A stretch of DNA of 64,000 nucleotides from Octopus sinensis (taxonomy: Eukaryota), in NCBI RefSeq assembly GCF_006345805.1, contig NC_043002.1:63178001-63242000 (forward strand), read 5' to 3'. Made by a program: the position numbers and the translations under genes. The notes below the pieces were generated by a model. It saw only the letters and a list, made by a program, of their open reading frames with translations, was not told the DNA's origin and searched no databases. Each line of letters opens with the position of its first letter. The stretch's first letter is position 1. Of this stretch, positions 41,605 to 55,519 are shown in pieces.

Positions 41605-43055
41605 TGCTTCAAAAAGTTTCACGCACATAGAACGTTGCTTAGAAGGCAGACATACCATCAGACTTAAGCTGTTTAGATACTGGACCGAATTTAAAAACAA
41701 GGCGAAAGAAACCCAATTATTTTGAACGGATTATGTGGAAGATACCATTAGGCTGAGTACGCAGACTACAAACCTCGAGATGCGACGATCGAACAATGTA
41801 AAACCTAATGAAAAGTAAAATTTTATAAGATGTAAGGAATTATAGAGCAGATTTTAAAAAATGGGTATGTACAATTAATATGCAAAACGCATAATGAACG
41901 AGGGAACATTTTTTTGAAAGTGGGGCATGTGCAAATATAATATACACTACTATATATATAAAGAAAATGTAAATACAAAGAGAATATGAAAAATATACAC
42001 TAATAATAATAATATTATAATATATATGGAAATAGAAATTATTTGCAATATAATAAAATAAAAAGTAATAAAAATATAGATATAAGTAAATCTACTGTTG
42101 GCTACTTTGTCGGGAACGGGTGATATCTTCCAAATATTATAAAAGAAATGTCTGTGTATAATGTTTGCACATGCGCTCCCCTTTTTTTAAAATAACATTT
42201 CTCCTTATATTATGTGTTGTAACGTTAGCACGCCGGGCGAAATGCTTAGCGGTATTTCGTCTGCGTTACGTTGTAAGTTCAAATTCCGCCGAGGTCGACT
42301 TTGCCTTTCATCCTTTCGGGGTCGATAAATTAAGTACTAGTTACGCACTGGGGTCGATGGAATCGACTTAATACCTATGTCTGTCCTTGTTTGTCCCCTC
42401 TGTGTTTAGCCCCTTGTGGGTAATAAAGAAATAGGTATTTCGTCCACCGCTGCGTTCTGAGTTCAAATTTCGCCGGGGTCGACTTTGCCTGTCATCCTTT
42501 CGGGGTCGATAAATTAAGTACTAGTCACACACTGGGGCCGATATAATCGATTTAATCTGTTTGTCCTCTCTGTGTTTAGCCCCTTGTGGGTAGTAAAGAA
42601 AGAGGTATTTCGTCTGTCTTTGTGTTCTGAGTTCAAATTCCGCCGAGGTCGACTTTGCCTTTCATCTTTTCGGTTTCGATAAATTAATTACCAGTTGCGT
42701 ACTGGGGTCGATCTAATCTACTGACTCCTCCCCGCCAAAATTTCGGGCCTTGTGCCTAGAGTAGAAAATAATATTATTTGTACAGACCCCTCTTTTTAAA
42801 TCAGCGCTATAATTCCTCGCATCTTATAAATTTCACTTTTCCATCCGATTTTACACAATTCGATCGTTGCATCACGAGATTTGCAGCCTGCGTACTCAAC
42901 CAAATGGAATCGTCCACATAATCCGTTCCAATAATTGGATTTCTTTCACCCCATTTTTAGATTCAGTCCAGTATTTAAACTCTGCCGAATTTAGTATGGC
43001 TGCTGTCTAAAGAACGTTCAAGGGGTTCCATGTGCGTGGAACTTTTAGAAGCGTA
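41605..43055. repeat. Old inverted repeat pair (~260 bp arms) enclosing an AT tract and a SINE array
   Basis: 41605-41865 aligns by eye (~70-75%) to the reverse complement of 42787-43055. Confidence 0.75.
42224..42770 (+). mobile_element. Family A SINE with three tandem internal units
   Basis: GGTATTTCGTC at 42251, 42434 and 42604; the first two units end GTGGGTA(A/G)TAAAGAAA. Confidence 0.9.
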
Positions 43056-43100
43056 GGTCAAACATGTGAGATGGTCATGAAAAAACAATATTTACTCTCG

Positions 43101-43138
<38 letters not shown>

Positions 43139-43765
43139 TGTGTGATGTACATATATACCTTACGTTTTCTCTCTCACCGTCACTCTTTCTTTCTCTCTCT
43201 CTCTCTCTCTCTCTCTGTACATATATATAATGTGTAGGCTTGATGGGTGCCGGTGTACGAAACTATCATTATTTGATTTCCTCGGGAAATTCAACTGATC
43301 AATCTGTATGTATACGTGTATGTCTGTATGTGTATGTTTGTGTGCTTGAGTGTGCGTATGTATACATATGTGTGCGTGTGTGTGTGTGTGTGTGCGTGTG
43401 TTTGTTTGTGTGTATTTGTCTGTGTGAGCAAAATACAAGATGTACTCATGAAAGACAACTTTAACATTGAATAGTATCTGGAGCCGGAAGGGAAGAGAAA
43501 TTCATAACATTGATGTTAGCTATTCTCTAGTTTAAACGGTAAAAACTTACGTTAAATGATTTGTAAAGGTGATACGTCTATGTAGCCGATATCCATAACT
43601 ATCTCATACAGAAGTATTATATATGCTCAACAAAAGACGATAAATGTTGTTGAGGTGCAGACACACGGAAAAATATGATTGTTTGAAGATATTTCAAAGA
43701 TCACATGAGATAAAATCAGACTGGCGTATGAAAGAAGGGAATACAATGGTGGACTGAATTGGAAG

Positions 43766-43816
<51 letters not shown>

Positions 43817-44223
43817 TAGAGGGAGAGGGAGAGAGAGAAAGAGATGTGAACAGAGGCAGAGAGAGGGAGGAAAACGCCACCCTAATAGATTTACCTGTTT
43901 TTGTCTCTATTTATCGCACTGAATTTTTATGTAAACCCACGCAAAAGTGCACACACAAACAAACACACACACACATACACACACATAGATGAATATACCG
44001 ATATGTACAATAAATATATACATTCATATCTAAATATTGAATATAAATATATTTAAATAAATATATGTATTTGTAAATAATCGTGCATAAAAGCATAAAT
44101 ATGAGTGTGTGCGTATAAAACCCATACAGACACATATACAAATACAGCCACGCGTACATACACATACACACACGCTACACACATACGCACACACACACAC
44201 ACATACACACACATATATATATA

Positions 44224-44287
<64 letters not shown>

Positions 44288-44489
44288 ATATATATACATA
44301 TACAGACACACACAAATCATATTTGTACATATATACATAAATACCTTCATACATACGTACATGCATACATGACTACTTACATGCATACATACATACGTAC
44401 ATACATACATACATACGTGCATACATACATACGTACGTACATACATATATATATATACATACATACATACATATATAGAAACTTTGTAT

Positions 44490-45745
44490 ATTCCTGGAAA
44501 TCATCTATCCAGCGGATGTTGACATAAAGCTGAAAATCGGCGAAACAGAAAATACCTACTCTGAAATCTGCAGTTACTCCATCTCGATTAAAATGTAATT
44601 TTGAGGGCATTAGGATATGTAATTACTGGGCACAAGAATATGTATCATACTGTAATTATTAGGGTACTAGTAAATGTTTCACACTGCCTAAATACTAATA
44701 AAAAAAGGAGGAAGCTTATTCGAAGACTAAGGATCCAGTCAATCACTGGGACTGTAAAAATCTGTAAAACTTTCCATAAGTTTATCGTTTTAATATATAT
44801 GAGGACGTCTAGATATACAAATAAATGCATGAAAATACAAGCATAAAACCTCCAAATCTGGGCATACATACATTCATATATACTTACATACAAACAAAAT
44901 TCCCTGTTTTGACGGTGAAGTTTCAATGATGGTACCTTAGATCTAGGTTAAAAACCGGCTCTTTCAATATTGGCAAGAAATATTTAAATAAAACCGAAAA
45001 ATTACGTATATAGATATATACATACATACATACATACATACATACATACATACCAACATACATACTGAAATCCGCCAGAAGGATAATCCCGAGGCCAAAG
45101 AAATAAGAATCCACAATATGTTAGAAGCCATAGCCACTCATAATAAGAAGGAATACTGGTGCAATGTACCAGTGAAGGCCTTAATAAAATATAGGCACAA
45201 CAGACCTGATATAATGATTGGGGATAGAGAAGAGAATCTGTGTACAGTTGTTGAAGATCAGTGAAAATGAATACCTTCATTGAAGTATTGAGGAATCTGC
45301 AGTGACTCTATCCATATTACAAGTTGAAGTTTATATCTGTAATTATTGGGGCCCTAGGATATGTAACACACTGCCTAAATACCAATCTTAAGAAATTAGG
45401 CTTCTCAAAACCAGAAAGAAGAAAGCTAATTCGGAGAAGAAATCCAATCCATCACTGGAACTGTAAAAATCTGTAAAACTTTCCAGGAGATTATCATTTA
45501 AATATATACGAGCATGTCAAGACATACAACTATATGCATGAGTATACATACATAAAACAAACAAATCCGCAAATGAGTACATACATGCCTGCATGGACGG
45601 ATGCATGCAAACATACATAAAAACATACATACATAGAAACAAATATTTGATGTTGAAATTCCAATGAAGGAACCTTGGATCTTGATTAGAAGCCGCTTCT
45701 TTCTCTATTGACAAGAAATCTTGAAATAAACTGAATAATGACATA
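44490..45745 (+). mobile_element. Two tandem 5'-truncated R4/Dong-like LINE 3' ends
   Basis: HNRPDIMI..VE and VIIGALGYVTHCLNTNL..TGTVKICKTF at 45.19-45.49 kb, with a decayed duplicate at 44.49-44.79 kb. Each carries a similar 3' UTR and ends in (CATA)n. Confidence 0.75.
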
Positions 45746-47489
45746 CATACAGAATATGATGTACAGATAAGCTGGAAACTGATAATGTCTAATTATTCCT
45801 TAGAGAGTGTGGAGAAGAGTTCATTCAGGGGGGGGGGGCGTAATGCACCTAAACATGTGTGAGTTTTTCATGTTTGTCGATATGAGTGTCAATCAGGAAT
45901 TGTTCTATTGTATTCCTAGGAAATTAATCCGAGATACTCATTGAATAATTCACAATATGTGTATCCTTACTAGTGCTAAAAGATAAACCAATCTTTAAAT
46001 AATTTAATATATCTTGCACCTAATGTGTTCAATGCCTCATGACGGCATTTTTATTATCCTTCCGCTTCAAACATAATCTGAAACCATAATCGTATCTATC
46101 TATCTATCTGTGTCTGTCTGTCTGTGTAATTATCTATCTAACTATCTATCAATATACCTACCTATCTATCGATCTCTCCCCTTTCTCTCTCTTTCTCCCT
46201 GTCTCTCCCACTCTCTCTGTCTCTCTATGTGTGTTTATATATATATATATATTATACTGTTCCGTGAAGGAAGTTACTCCATGTGGTGAGATATAAATAT
46301 TATTCAACAAACACAGTATATGGTTTATATGATTAGGAGTTTGTTAATATGAAACTATTAGGAGCTTCATTCGTTAAACACAACTGAGACAGCACTTTAT
46401 AACACATACACACGCACACATAGAGACATACACACATACATAAGTCTTCACACGCACGTATGTGTAATATCTATATATAATCCTTTAACAATATTATTGA
46501 CAGTGACTTTGGAGTTACAGTCTGTTCAACCTTCGTTGGAAATGTCTATCTGTAATATTAATAATATTTATCTATAAAATAACATTTGTACTAATAAAAT
46601 TTGTACTAACCAAAGGTAAAGAAAAACCAATCTGATTAAGATAAAATTTATTTTATTATTTCTGAATATGAAACAAAAACAAAGATTGGCATGTATAGGC
46701 GTAGGAATGGCTGTGTGGTAAGTTGCTTGCTTACCAACCACATGGTTCCAGGTTCGGTCCCACTGCGTGGCAACTTGGGCAAGTGTCTTCTACTATAGCC
46801 AGTGTTTGTGTGTGTGTATGTGTGTGTGATCCCACCACCACCACCACCGCAAAAAATGTGCTGGAGCCGATTTATTCGACGAAAAATTCTTGAAGGCAGC
46901 GTCCAAACATGGTCGCAGTGTAAAATATAGAAGGTAAAATGTACCAAAGCGCGTGGCTCAGAGATAAGGCCGTTGCACTCACAATCGCTAGATCGTGGGT
47001 TCGAATCGATGACTAGGTGGCGTGTTGTGTTCTTGAGGAAAACACTTAATTTCACGTTGTTCCAGTCCCTGCTTCGATCGGAGGTGGGGCAGAATGTTGG
47101 AGGGGTGTTTTATTTGAAGACTAAAACATAACAACAGCATATTGTGGCCAGCGATGTGTAGCCTTCGAATAAGCTTTCTACTTTTCGGTTATGAGTAACA
47201 TAATAACTCAATATTGGTATTTAGACAGAGTGTTACATATCCTAGTGACCCAAAAATTACAGGTATAAATCTGACCTTTTAATCTAGATAGAGTAACTGC
47301 AGATTTCTTTATATTTCAGAATAGGTATTCTCCTTTACACGGATTTTCGGCTTTATGCTAACATTCGCAGGGCAGCTGATTTCCACGACTCTACGCAGTT
47401 TCTATGTATGTATGTATGTATGTGTGCCTGGTCGATCATGTGAACTCAATTTTAATTTTAATTTAGATTTAATATATTAATAATAAGTG

Positions 47490-47810
47490 AGGAAACTTTA
47501 CTAAAGTTTGAAGAAAGGAAATATATCCTATGGTTGCAGCTCGAAGACTGGGAACATGGTTGAAGTAAGGAGACAGTTTCGGAGGGTATTTCATCAGCAT
47601 GTGCAACTTATTCCTCGATTTAGAGATCAATTTGTTGCTTATGAAACTACACAAAATCTCCACAAGAAAACCTCCAGTACACAGTGGACGTTGACTAGAC
47701 TAAAAAAAAAAAATGTTACTAGAATGGTATCCCAGATTTCAACAATATTTGTGTCAAATAAGATCAAGCGTTCACTGCCTTTTCAAAACTTGTTTCCAAA
47801 AATAGTTCAC
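47490..47810 (+). mobile_element. Tc1/mariner-superfamily transposase N-terminal (DUF4817-like HTH) remnant
   Basis: MVEVRRQFRRVF..RFRDQFVAYETTQNLHKK resembles the VEVQRQFRREF..RIRDKFEA.GTVQNVHK motif. Confidence 0.55.
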
Positions 47811-49788
47811 TGACTCAATAACGACGTTCCGGACAAAATACAAGTGTTTGCTGAGCGGTACTTAAAAATGTATGTAGAAGAAGCAAATAATTCAACAAAT
47901 ATATTTGGAGTGATGTACCTACATTTAAATTAAATAGCTTAACTAAGCCCCCAAATTGCACCTATTAACACCCGAGAATCTGGATAATATGAAGTAATAT
48001 GGTGTAAATTAATCAGTAGTTACAGTATAGTGCGGCAAATCATGAAACTAATATATAACCCATTGTCTTTGGTACTATTGTGGCTTGTACTAATTACCTA
48101 AACCTGCTACGTTAATCTGTCTTGCCAAGTATTCAAGAGAATTCAGAAGACGTGAAGGTTGGCTCACATTGAATCTGTCCTGCGACTATTTCTTATATGT
48201 TTCTAATCGCATACCCGTGACCTCACTATGTGCATACAAATACATATTTATTTTGGAGGGGATTATGCATTTACAAGGAAACACTAGGCACTGACTTCGA
48301 TGTTTCGGTTATCACACCTTCTATATGCATTGATAGATACATACTTATATATATGAATGTATATGTGCGTGTATGTGTTTATGAGAGTGTATATACATAT
48401 GTGATTATATGTGTCTATATAATTCCTTTATGCATACGCACAAACATACAACTATACATATATATACATATATATATATATATACTTAGGTGTGTTTGCG
48501 TGTGTCTTTACGTATGTAATTATATGCGTCTATAAAACTTCTTGCAAAACCAATTTTCGACAATGTCTCGTGAAAAAAAATCTCTTAATAGAATAATCTT
48601 TGTGTATTGTAATGCATTGACGTCTTATGCCGCCAAGAAAACTATTAAATATTATAAACAGAAGCAATTTCATGCGGAAGTGGTAGGCGTTGAATCGTCC
48701 TTTTCGATTAATATGTGCAGTAAAATGGACAAAACTTTTCTTCAGTTCCCATCAAGGTATTATCCAAGAGAGGATAATAAACGTACAAAAAATCCTCATT
48801 AAAATTCGCTCAATATAGAATATTTGGCTTTAACAAACTTTTTAAGATGCTAACAGCCGAAAACAATAGGAAGATATGTATTAATATAACCAGATTATTA
48901 CAAATGTAGTAAGAAATTGTAATATCTCCTTTGTAACGAATGTGCAGTTAGTGGAAATTGCATTGAAGAATCTGTGATATATGCAAGTAGAATTAAGCAA
49001 AATTTGAAAGATTAAACGCGTACGAATATGAACCAAATGAAAATCTTAATGTTTCACATAAATATAAATTTCTTATATTACAAAGGATAGCTGACACACT
49101 AAATTGACATGGAAAAATGATTCTACAAAAATATCAATATACAACGAAGTAATAAAGTGACATCAACACGTACGCAAAAATATACATATTCATATATACT
49201 CACATGGAATATGTGTGGAGTAATATGCATGAGTATACATCAGGACACGTACGGTATCAAACATTCGCTATAGAATTTCTAGCATGAAAATTATAGTCAT
49301 TTTGAAACATTACACTAAAATTTTAAAGACTCATTGCGGATTGGTTTTATCAAATACCCATTCCCTATATTCTCATGTACCCGATTGAATATCTTAACGA
49401 CATAACAATAAAAATAGTAAGAGGTGTTATTTATATTTTCATCAAAATATCTTTGATTATATGGACAAGTATGCATGCATGTGTGTGTATGTGCGTGTGT
49501 GTATGTATATGTATATCTATATATATATATATGCGAGCTGGGCGAAGCGTTAGCAGGCCGGGTGAAATGTGTAGCCGTATTTCGTCTGTCGTTACGTTCC
49601 GAGTTCAAATTCTGCCGAGGTCGACTTTGCCTTTGATCCTTTCGGGGTCGATAAATTAAGTACCAGTTACGCACTGGGGTCGATGTAATCGACTTAATCC
49701 CTTTGTCTGTCCTCGTATGTCCCCTCTGTGTTTAGTCCCTTGTGGGTAGTAAAGAAATATATATATATATGCATGTTTATACACACAT

Positions 49789-49833
<45 letters not shown>

Positions 49834-49860
49834 ATATATATATATATATATTTATATCTA

Positions 49861-49923
<63 letters not shown>

Positions 49924-49980
49924 ATATATTATATATAATATAATATATATATATATATAAACTTAGATAATATATAATAT

Positions 49981-50028
<48 letters not shown>

Positions 50029-50200
50029 TATATATATATCTTTCTTTTTTCTTTCAATTTGTCTGCATATATATCTGTATACATCTGTGCGGGAGTAGCT
50101 GTGTGGTAAGAATCTTTCTTTCTAACCACATGGTTCCGAGTTCAGTCCCACTACGTCGTATCTTGGACGAACATTTACTATAGCCTCATATATACACATA

Positions 50201-50747
50201 TTGGCTTGTCGATTTTTAAAGGAAAGTAGGTCAATATATTTGCCATTACATGTTTTAATCAACCAAATATGAACCATTATGTTGTACAATGCGTCTCCAT
50301 CTTTCCTTTAACGTGAAAATATCCTCTTCCCAGAATCGAGGGGGTTCATGGCAAAGAATTCATCAAGGTATCTTTTTACGTCATCCAAGGAATTGAAATT
50401 TTTACCATTAAGACTAATCTGCAGAGACCTGAATAAGTGGAAATCCGAAGGAGCAATATCTGGTGAAAATGGAGGGTGGGGTAAAACAACCCAGCCGGGC
50501 TGCAGCAATTTGTTTCTGGTACTCAAAGCATCAGGTCCCGAAAATGAACTTTTTTATCTTCCATTTTAAACGGTTACAGAATTAACACAGATTATAAGAA
50601 CATAAACCTTTTCCCACGAGAAAATAACTTAAACGGTGCTCTAAATGGACGTGTAGTGAAATCTTATTTTATGGGACCTAACCATGTTCTAAAATAAGTC
50701 GAAAGGTAAGCTACTGTAAATCGGCACGAACATTTTTGACAACCCAA
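50201..50747 (-). mobile_element. Internally deleted mariner element with TA target-site duplication
   Basis: ORF 50308-50526 HPPFSPDIAPSDFHLFRSLQ; termini TTGGCTTGTC / GACAACCCAA, flanked by TA. Confidence 0.8.
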
Positions 50748-51149
50748 TATACATACATATGTATATACACGTATGCGGGCGTGTGTGCGTGGGGGAAAGG
50801 AGTGAGTTCGCGCAAGTTTGTTGACATGTATGCATACAAGAGATACATCAAATAATTCAAAACTAAAACATGACTTTGTTTTGCGTGTATTTGTGGAATC
50901 AATTCTTTTGACTTGTTGCGTGTCTTGCAACAACACGCACCGATTCTTTCTCTTCCCATTTCTCTTTCTTCTTGCTGCTCCTTTCTCTCTCTCTTTGCTA
51001 TCGTCTTTCACTGTTTTTCTTCATTAATAGTTATTAATGCCGTTCTTGTTACTGATATCATTATTTTTATTTACTATTTATATTGTTTTTATCTTAACGC
51101 CATTATTCACATTATTGTTTCGAATATTAATGTTCCTGTGGTCCTCATA

Positions 51150-51214
<65 letters not shown>

Positions 51215-51479
51215 TTGTTATTATTATTATTATTATTATTACTATTATTATTATTATTATTATTGTTGTTGTTGTTATTATTATTACTGTTGTTATTTTT
51301 ATTTTCTATTTTTCTATTTTTGCTAAGTATTTTTTGTTAAGTATTGTTATTAATATAGTTATTATCCAGTAGCACCATCATCATCTTCGTCATCATCATC
51401 ATTATCACCTTCTGCATAATCAATATCCATATCACTAACATCATCATGATCATGATCATCATCATTATTATTGTTATTA

Positions 51480-51559
<80 letters not shown>

Positions 51560-51672
51560 ATCATCATTATTTTCAAGTTGTTGATTTGCTTTTCATTTTT
51601 ATTGCTGCTGCTGTTGATGATGCGGTTGTCATTGTAGCTATTGTTGTTGATGTTGTTGCTGATATTATTGAT

Positions 51673-51703
<31 letters not shown>

Positions 51704-51720
51704 ATGTTGATGTTGCTGAA
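51150..51720. repeat. Compound trinucleotide microsatellites (TAC/TGC/TGT/TAT; CAT/TAT; GTT)
   Basis: Directly visible. Confidence 0.95.
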
Positions 51721-53610
51721 TTTGTTATCCTTACTATCTTCACTATTAAAATTCTAATCACTGGAAGGTAGCTTAAGACATCAAACGATGATTCCCGTAG
51801 CTTGGCGAATATCAAAAGCAGATACCAATAACAGATATCTGTCTGTTTGTCTTCATTTCTCTCAGTCTGAAACTGTTTTTCTACCTCCTTCTTACGTTTC
51901 TGTCTCCGCGTCTCAATCTACGAATCTTATAGTAATTCTCCCTTATTCACGATCACATTCATTGGTTCTCTCTTCCCTTCACAATGTTATATCTTTCTAC
52001 AGCTAACAAATTCTTTGAGTATCACACTGTTGCACGCTCCATCGGTACCTACCACATTTAGCTTTCATCTCTGTTAGAGTTTCACACACCCGCACAAACA
52101 CGCGACCACACGGAAACAGACGCGCGCGCATACATACACACATACACGCATGCAAAAATAAACCCAACACGCGCAAAGGCAAAAGACACACAGACGCACG
52201 CACGCACATACATGCATACACACACAACACATATATGTGTGTACATAAATGTATGCATAAATGCGTGTATTTATACATGATCATATGCGAATAAATGTAC
52301 ATATGATATATATATATATATACACAGAAAGAGAGAGAGTTGGGAGGCATATATACCTACATAGATCTATATATATATATGCCTGTGACCACGCACAGGC
52401 ATATATATATACACATGGAGATACACACGTGTATAAACATTTATGTGCACGAAGCAACATGTTGCAATCAAACCATTTGCGTAATTATGTTCTACAAATA
52501 ACATGCACACATACACTCACACATACATACATGTATATATAAATATATATATATATATATATACATGTACATGTATATATAAATATATATATACATGTAT
52601 ATATGTATATATATATACATACAAATGTATGTATATATACATACAAATGTATGTATATATACATATATATTTACTTATATATGTGTGTGTGTGTGTGTTA
52701 TATTTATCAAATATTACATAAAGTTAAAGCTATAATTGGCAATCAGTTGCACTCCTATGAAGTTTATATATTATATACCTGTTGTTGTTATTTTGCACCC
52801 GTTTGAAGTCGGAATAAGCATTTCTACACCTGACGATCCTGTCATTACTTCTAGTTGTATATTTACCTATTGGTTTCTGCTACGACGTTAGTCTTTTTGT
52901 TGTTTCTTTTTTGTCACCTGATTGTGTTTCTTAATATCGTTGCGGTCTTAAATATTGTTGCAACGACTCTGTTTGTTGCCACGGTGATCTACCCAGCATA
53001 GCTGTGTAATTAAGAAGATCACATTACAACCTGCTCTGCAGTCGTCAGTCACACTACTTAACAACCTTCCTTGGTTTACTTACGTCGTCCTAACACAGCT
53101 GCACGCGAAAAGATACTGACAATTACTAGGTTAAAAAAAGAAAAGTATTTTGTTTAAGAAAATATGGAAGTACTAGCGTCAAATTTTTCAATTAAAATCC
53201 TAGCAGGGCTGCAGTCTAATAACAGAGACAATTGATCAATAACAGTAAAAAGATTAATAGAGCAGACGAAAGAAGTAAGACACATCGGTCTTGAAAATTC
53301 CATTCCTTCATTACTGCAAGGGAACAAGTAACACATTAATGAACGTGCATTATGTCAGGATATATCAAATGTATTTGATTGCTGTTTCTAGCAGACTGAA
53401 ATACCACATTGATCAGTGGTTGCATTGATCCGATATATGTATATATACATACATAATTATTTATATATAAGTGCGTGCGTGTGTGTGCGTGTGTAATACT
53501 TTCAGTTAATGGGTCGAAGCGATCATCCTGCAAAATAGATACATACCAAATCCATCTTCTGTTTCCTCCATCGATTATAACGCACACACACACACACACA
53601 TATACGTGTA

Positions 53611-53696
<86 letters not shown>

Positions 53697-53804
53697 GTAT
53701 ATATATATGTATGTATATATGTATGTATATATATGGTGTTTCCTATTCTGGTACAACATTTTTAAATAACATATTCCTCAGTCCGAGAATATTGAGAAAC
53801 TCTG

Positions 53805-53858
<54 letters not shown>

Positions 53859-53879
53859 TATATATAATATATATATATA

Positions 53880-53951
<72 letters not shown>

Positions 53952-54171
53952 TATATATATATATATTATGTGAAATAGAAAGATGATAATCTAGTAGTAG
54001 ATTATCAAAAGTTTAACCGATACCGTAGTAGCAAAAATCACAGCAGGAACAGCACGGTTGGAGGTACAACCATCTGGCGTTGCAACCGTGCGTTGGTGCG
54101 GATAATTGAAATTAAAACATTATTGGTGAATTGAAGAAATGAGCTGAACGCAGATTGAACAGAAATCGTTT

Positions 54172-54265
54172 TATTTCATTCTACACGTGTTTCGAAAGGC
54201 ACAAATTACCAAAATCCGATTGAATAATGGGACCATATTGTGTCTTTCTCTTCAGGAAGAAAAAA
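54172..54265 (-). ncRNA. Mirror-image family-c hammerhead, left arm of fold-back
   Basis: Reverse complement of the right-arm motif (tcttcag at 54249-54255; tacacgtgtttc at 54182-54193). Confidence 0.8.
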
Positions 54266-54307
54266 GGAAATCCGTTGGAATCTGTTTTTGTTTTTCCAAC
54301 GGATTTC

Positions 54308-54400
54308 CTTTTTCTTCCTGAAGAGAAAGACACCATATGGTCCATTATTCAATCGGATTTTGGTAATTTGTGCCTTTCGAAACACGTGTAGAATGAAATA
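54308..54400 (+). ncRNA. Type I hammerhead with long stem II (family c), right arm of fold-back
   Basis: TTC-CTGAAGA (54318-54324)-GAAAGACAC...GTGCCTTTC-GAAAC (54379-54383)-ACGT-GTA (54388-54390)^GAATGAAA; ACACGTGT palindrome. Confidence 0.8.
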
Positions 54401-54454
54401 AAACGATTTCTGTTCAATCTGCGTTCAGCTCCATTTCTTCAATTCACCAATAAT

Positions 54455-54493
<39 letters not shown>

Positions 54494-55043
54494 TATATGT
54501 GAGTGTGTGTATATTATATATATATATATATGTATGTATATATATGTGGTATTTCCTATTCTGGTACAACATTTTTGAAGCAACATATTACTCAGTCCAA
54601 GAATATTGAGAATCTCTGGAATATATATATATATAAGTTTTTTTTTAGGAACTGTATTTAAAAGGAACTGCGCATTTTATAAAATCTCTACGAAATCTAC
54701 ACCAAATAAGGATTTGCTAAATTATAAATATTGCATATGTCACATTCTATGAATATACAGAATTACTTTAGATGTAAAACGAAGAAATCTTTGAAGTTCA
54801 GCAAGTATCATAAGAAACAAACATTAACGAGGAGTTAATAATAATTGAACGTATAAAGTGTGAGAGCAATAATTATGTTGACGTATGGAAAGTAATTTCC
54901 ATAGATGACAGGGAATCGCAGTGGAAATCTTTTAAAAAATCAAAAGAGCATATTGCAAACTCATTTTTTATAATTCTATCGCTCATCATTTGATATGGGT
55001 GTCGTAAGTAAAGAAAACATTAAAATAGCCTAAAAATGGTAAC

Positions 55044-55119
<76 letters not shown>

Positions 55120-55298
55120 TATATTAAATTAGAGACAAAACCACTATTAGGCGAATCAAACAATGAAAAACTTAATCCAATACATAATATTATTTAATTT
55201 ATATTATTTAAATATATAACAAAATTATTAAAAATATATAATTAATATCACACATTGTTTGATTTGCCTAATAGTGGTTTTGTCTCTAATGTAATATA
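55120..55298. repeat. Small fold-back, ~45 bp arms
   Basis: TATATTAAATTAGAGACAAAACCACTATTAGGCGAATCAAACAATG versus its reverse complement at 55253-55298. Confidence 0.75.
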
Positions 55299-55392
55299 AT
55301 ATATTATTTTACTATAAAATTGGATTCAATCCTAAATCTGATTTTTCCCTTTAAGTTTGGATTTATTCCCTAATATTTATTATAAATATATA

Positions 55393-55423
<31 letters not shown>

Positions 55424-55481
55424 ACATTGTAGTAAAACGGCGGTGCTCCAGCATGACCACAGCTCTGAGCTGAAGCTACCA

Positions 55482-55519
<38 letters not shown>

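Larger units (their letters stand above)
54115..54458. repeat. Fold-back with ~165 bp near-perfect arms and 13 bp spacer
   Basis: 54115-54280 is the reverse complement of 54294-54458. Confidence 0.92.

Noticed and set aside
42224-42770. CRISPR-like or regularly spaced array
   Set aside because: The units are whole SINE segments with no unique spacers, in eukaryotic context.
47570-47600. CTGATGA..GAAAC on the minus strand
   Set aside because: No helices; lies in a transposase remnant, so chance match.
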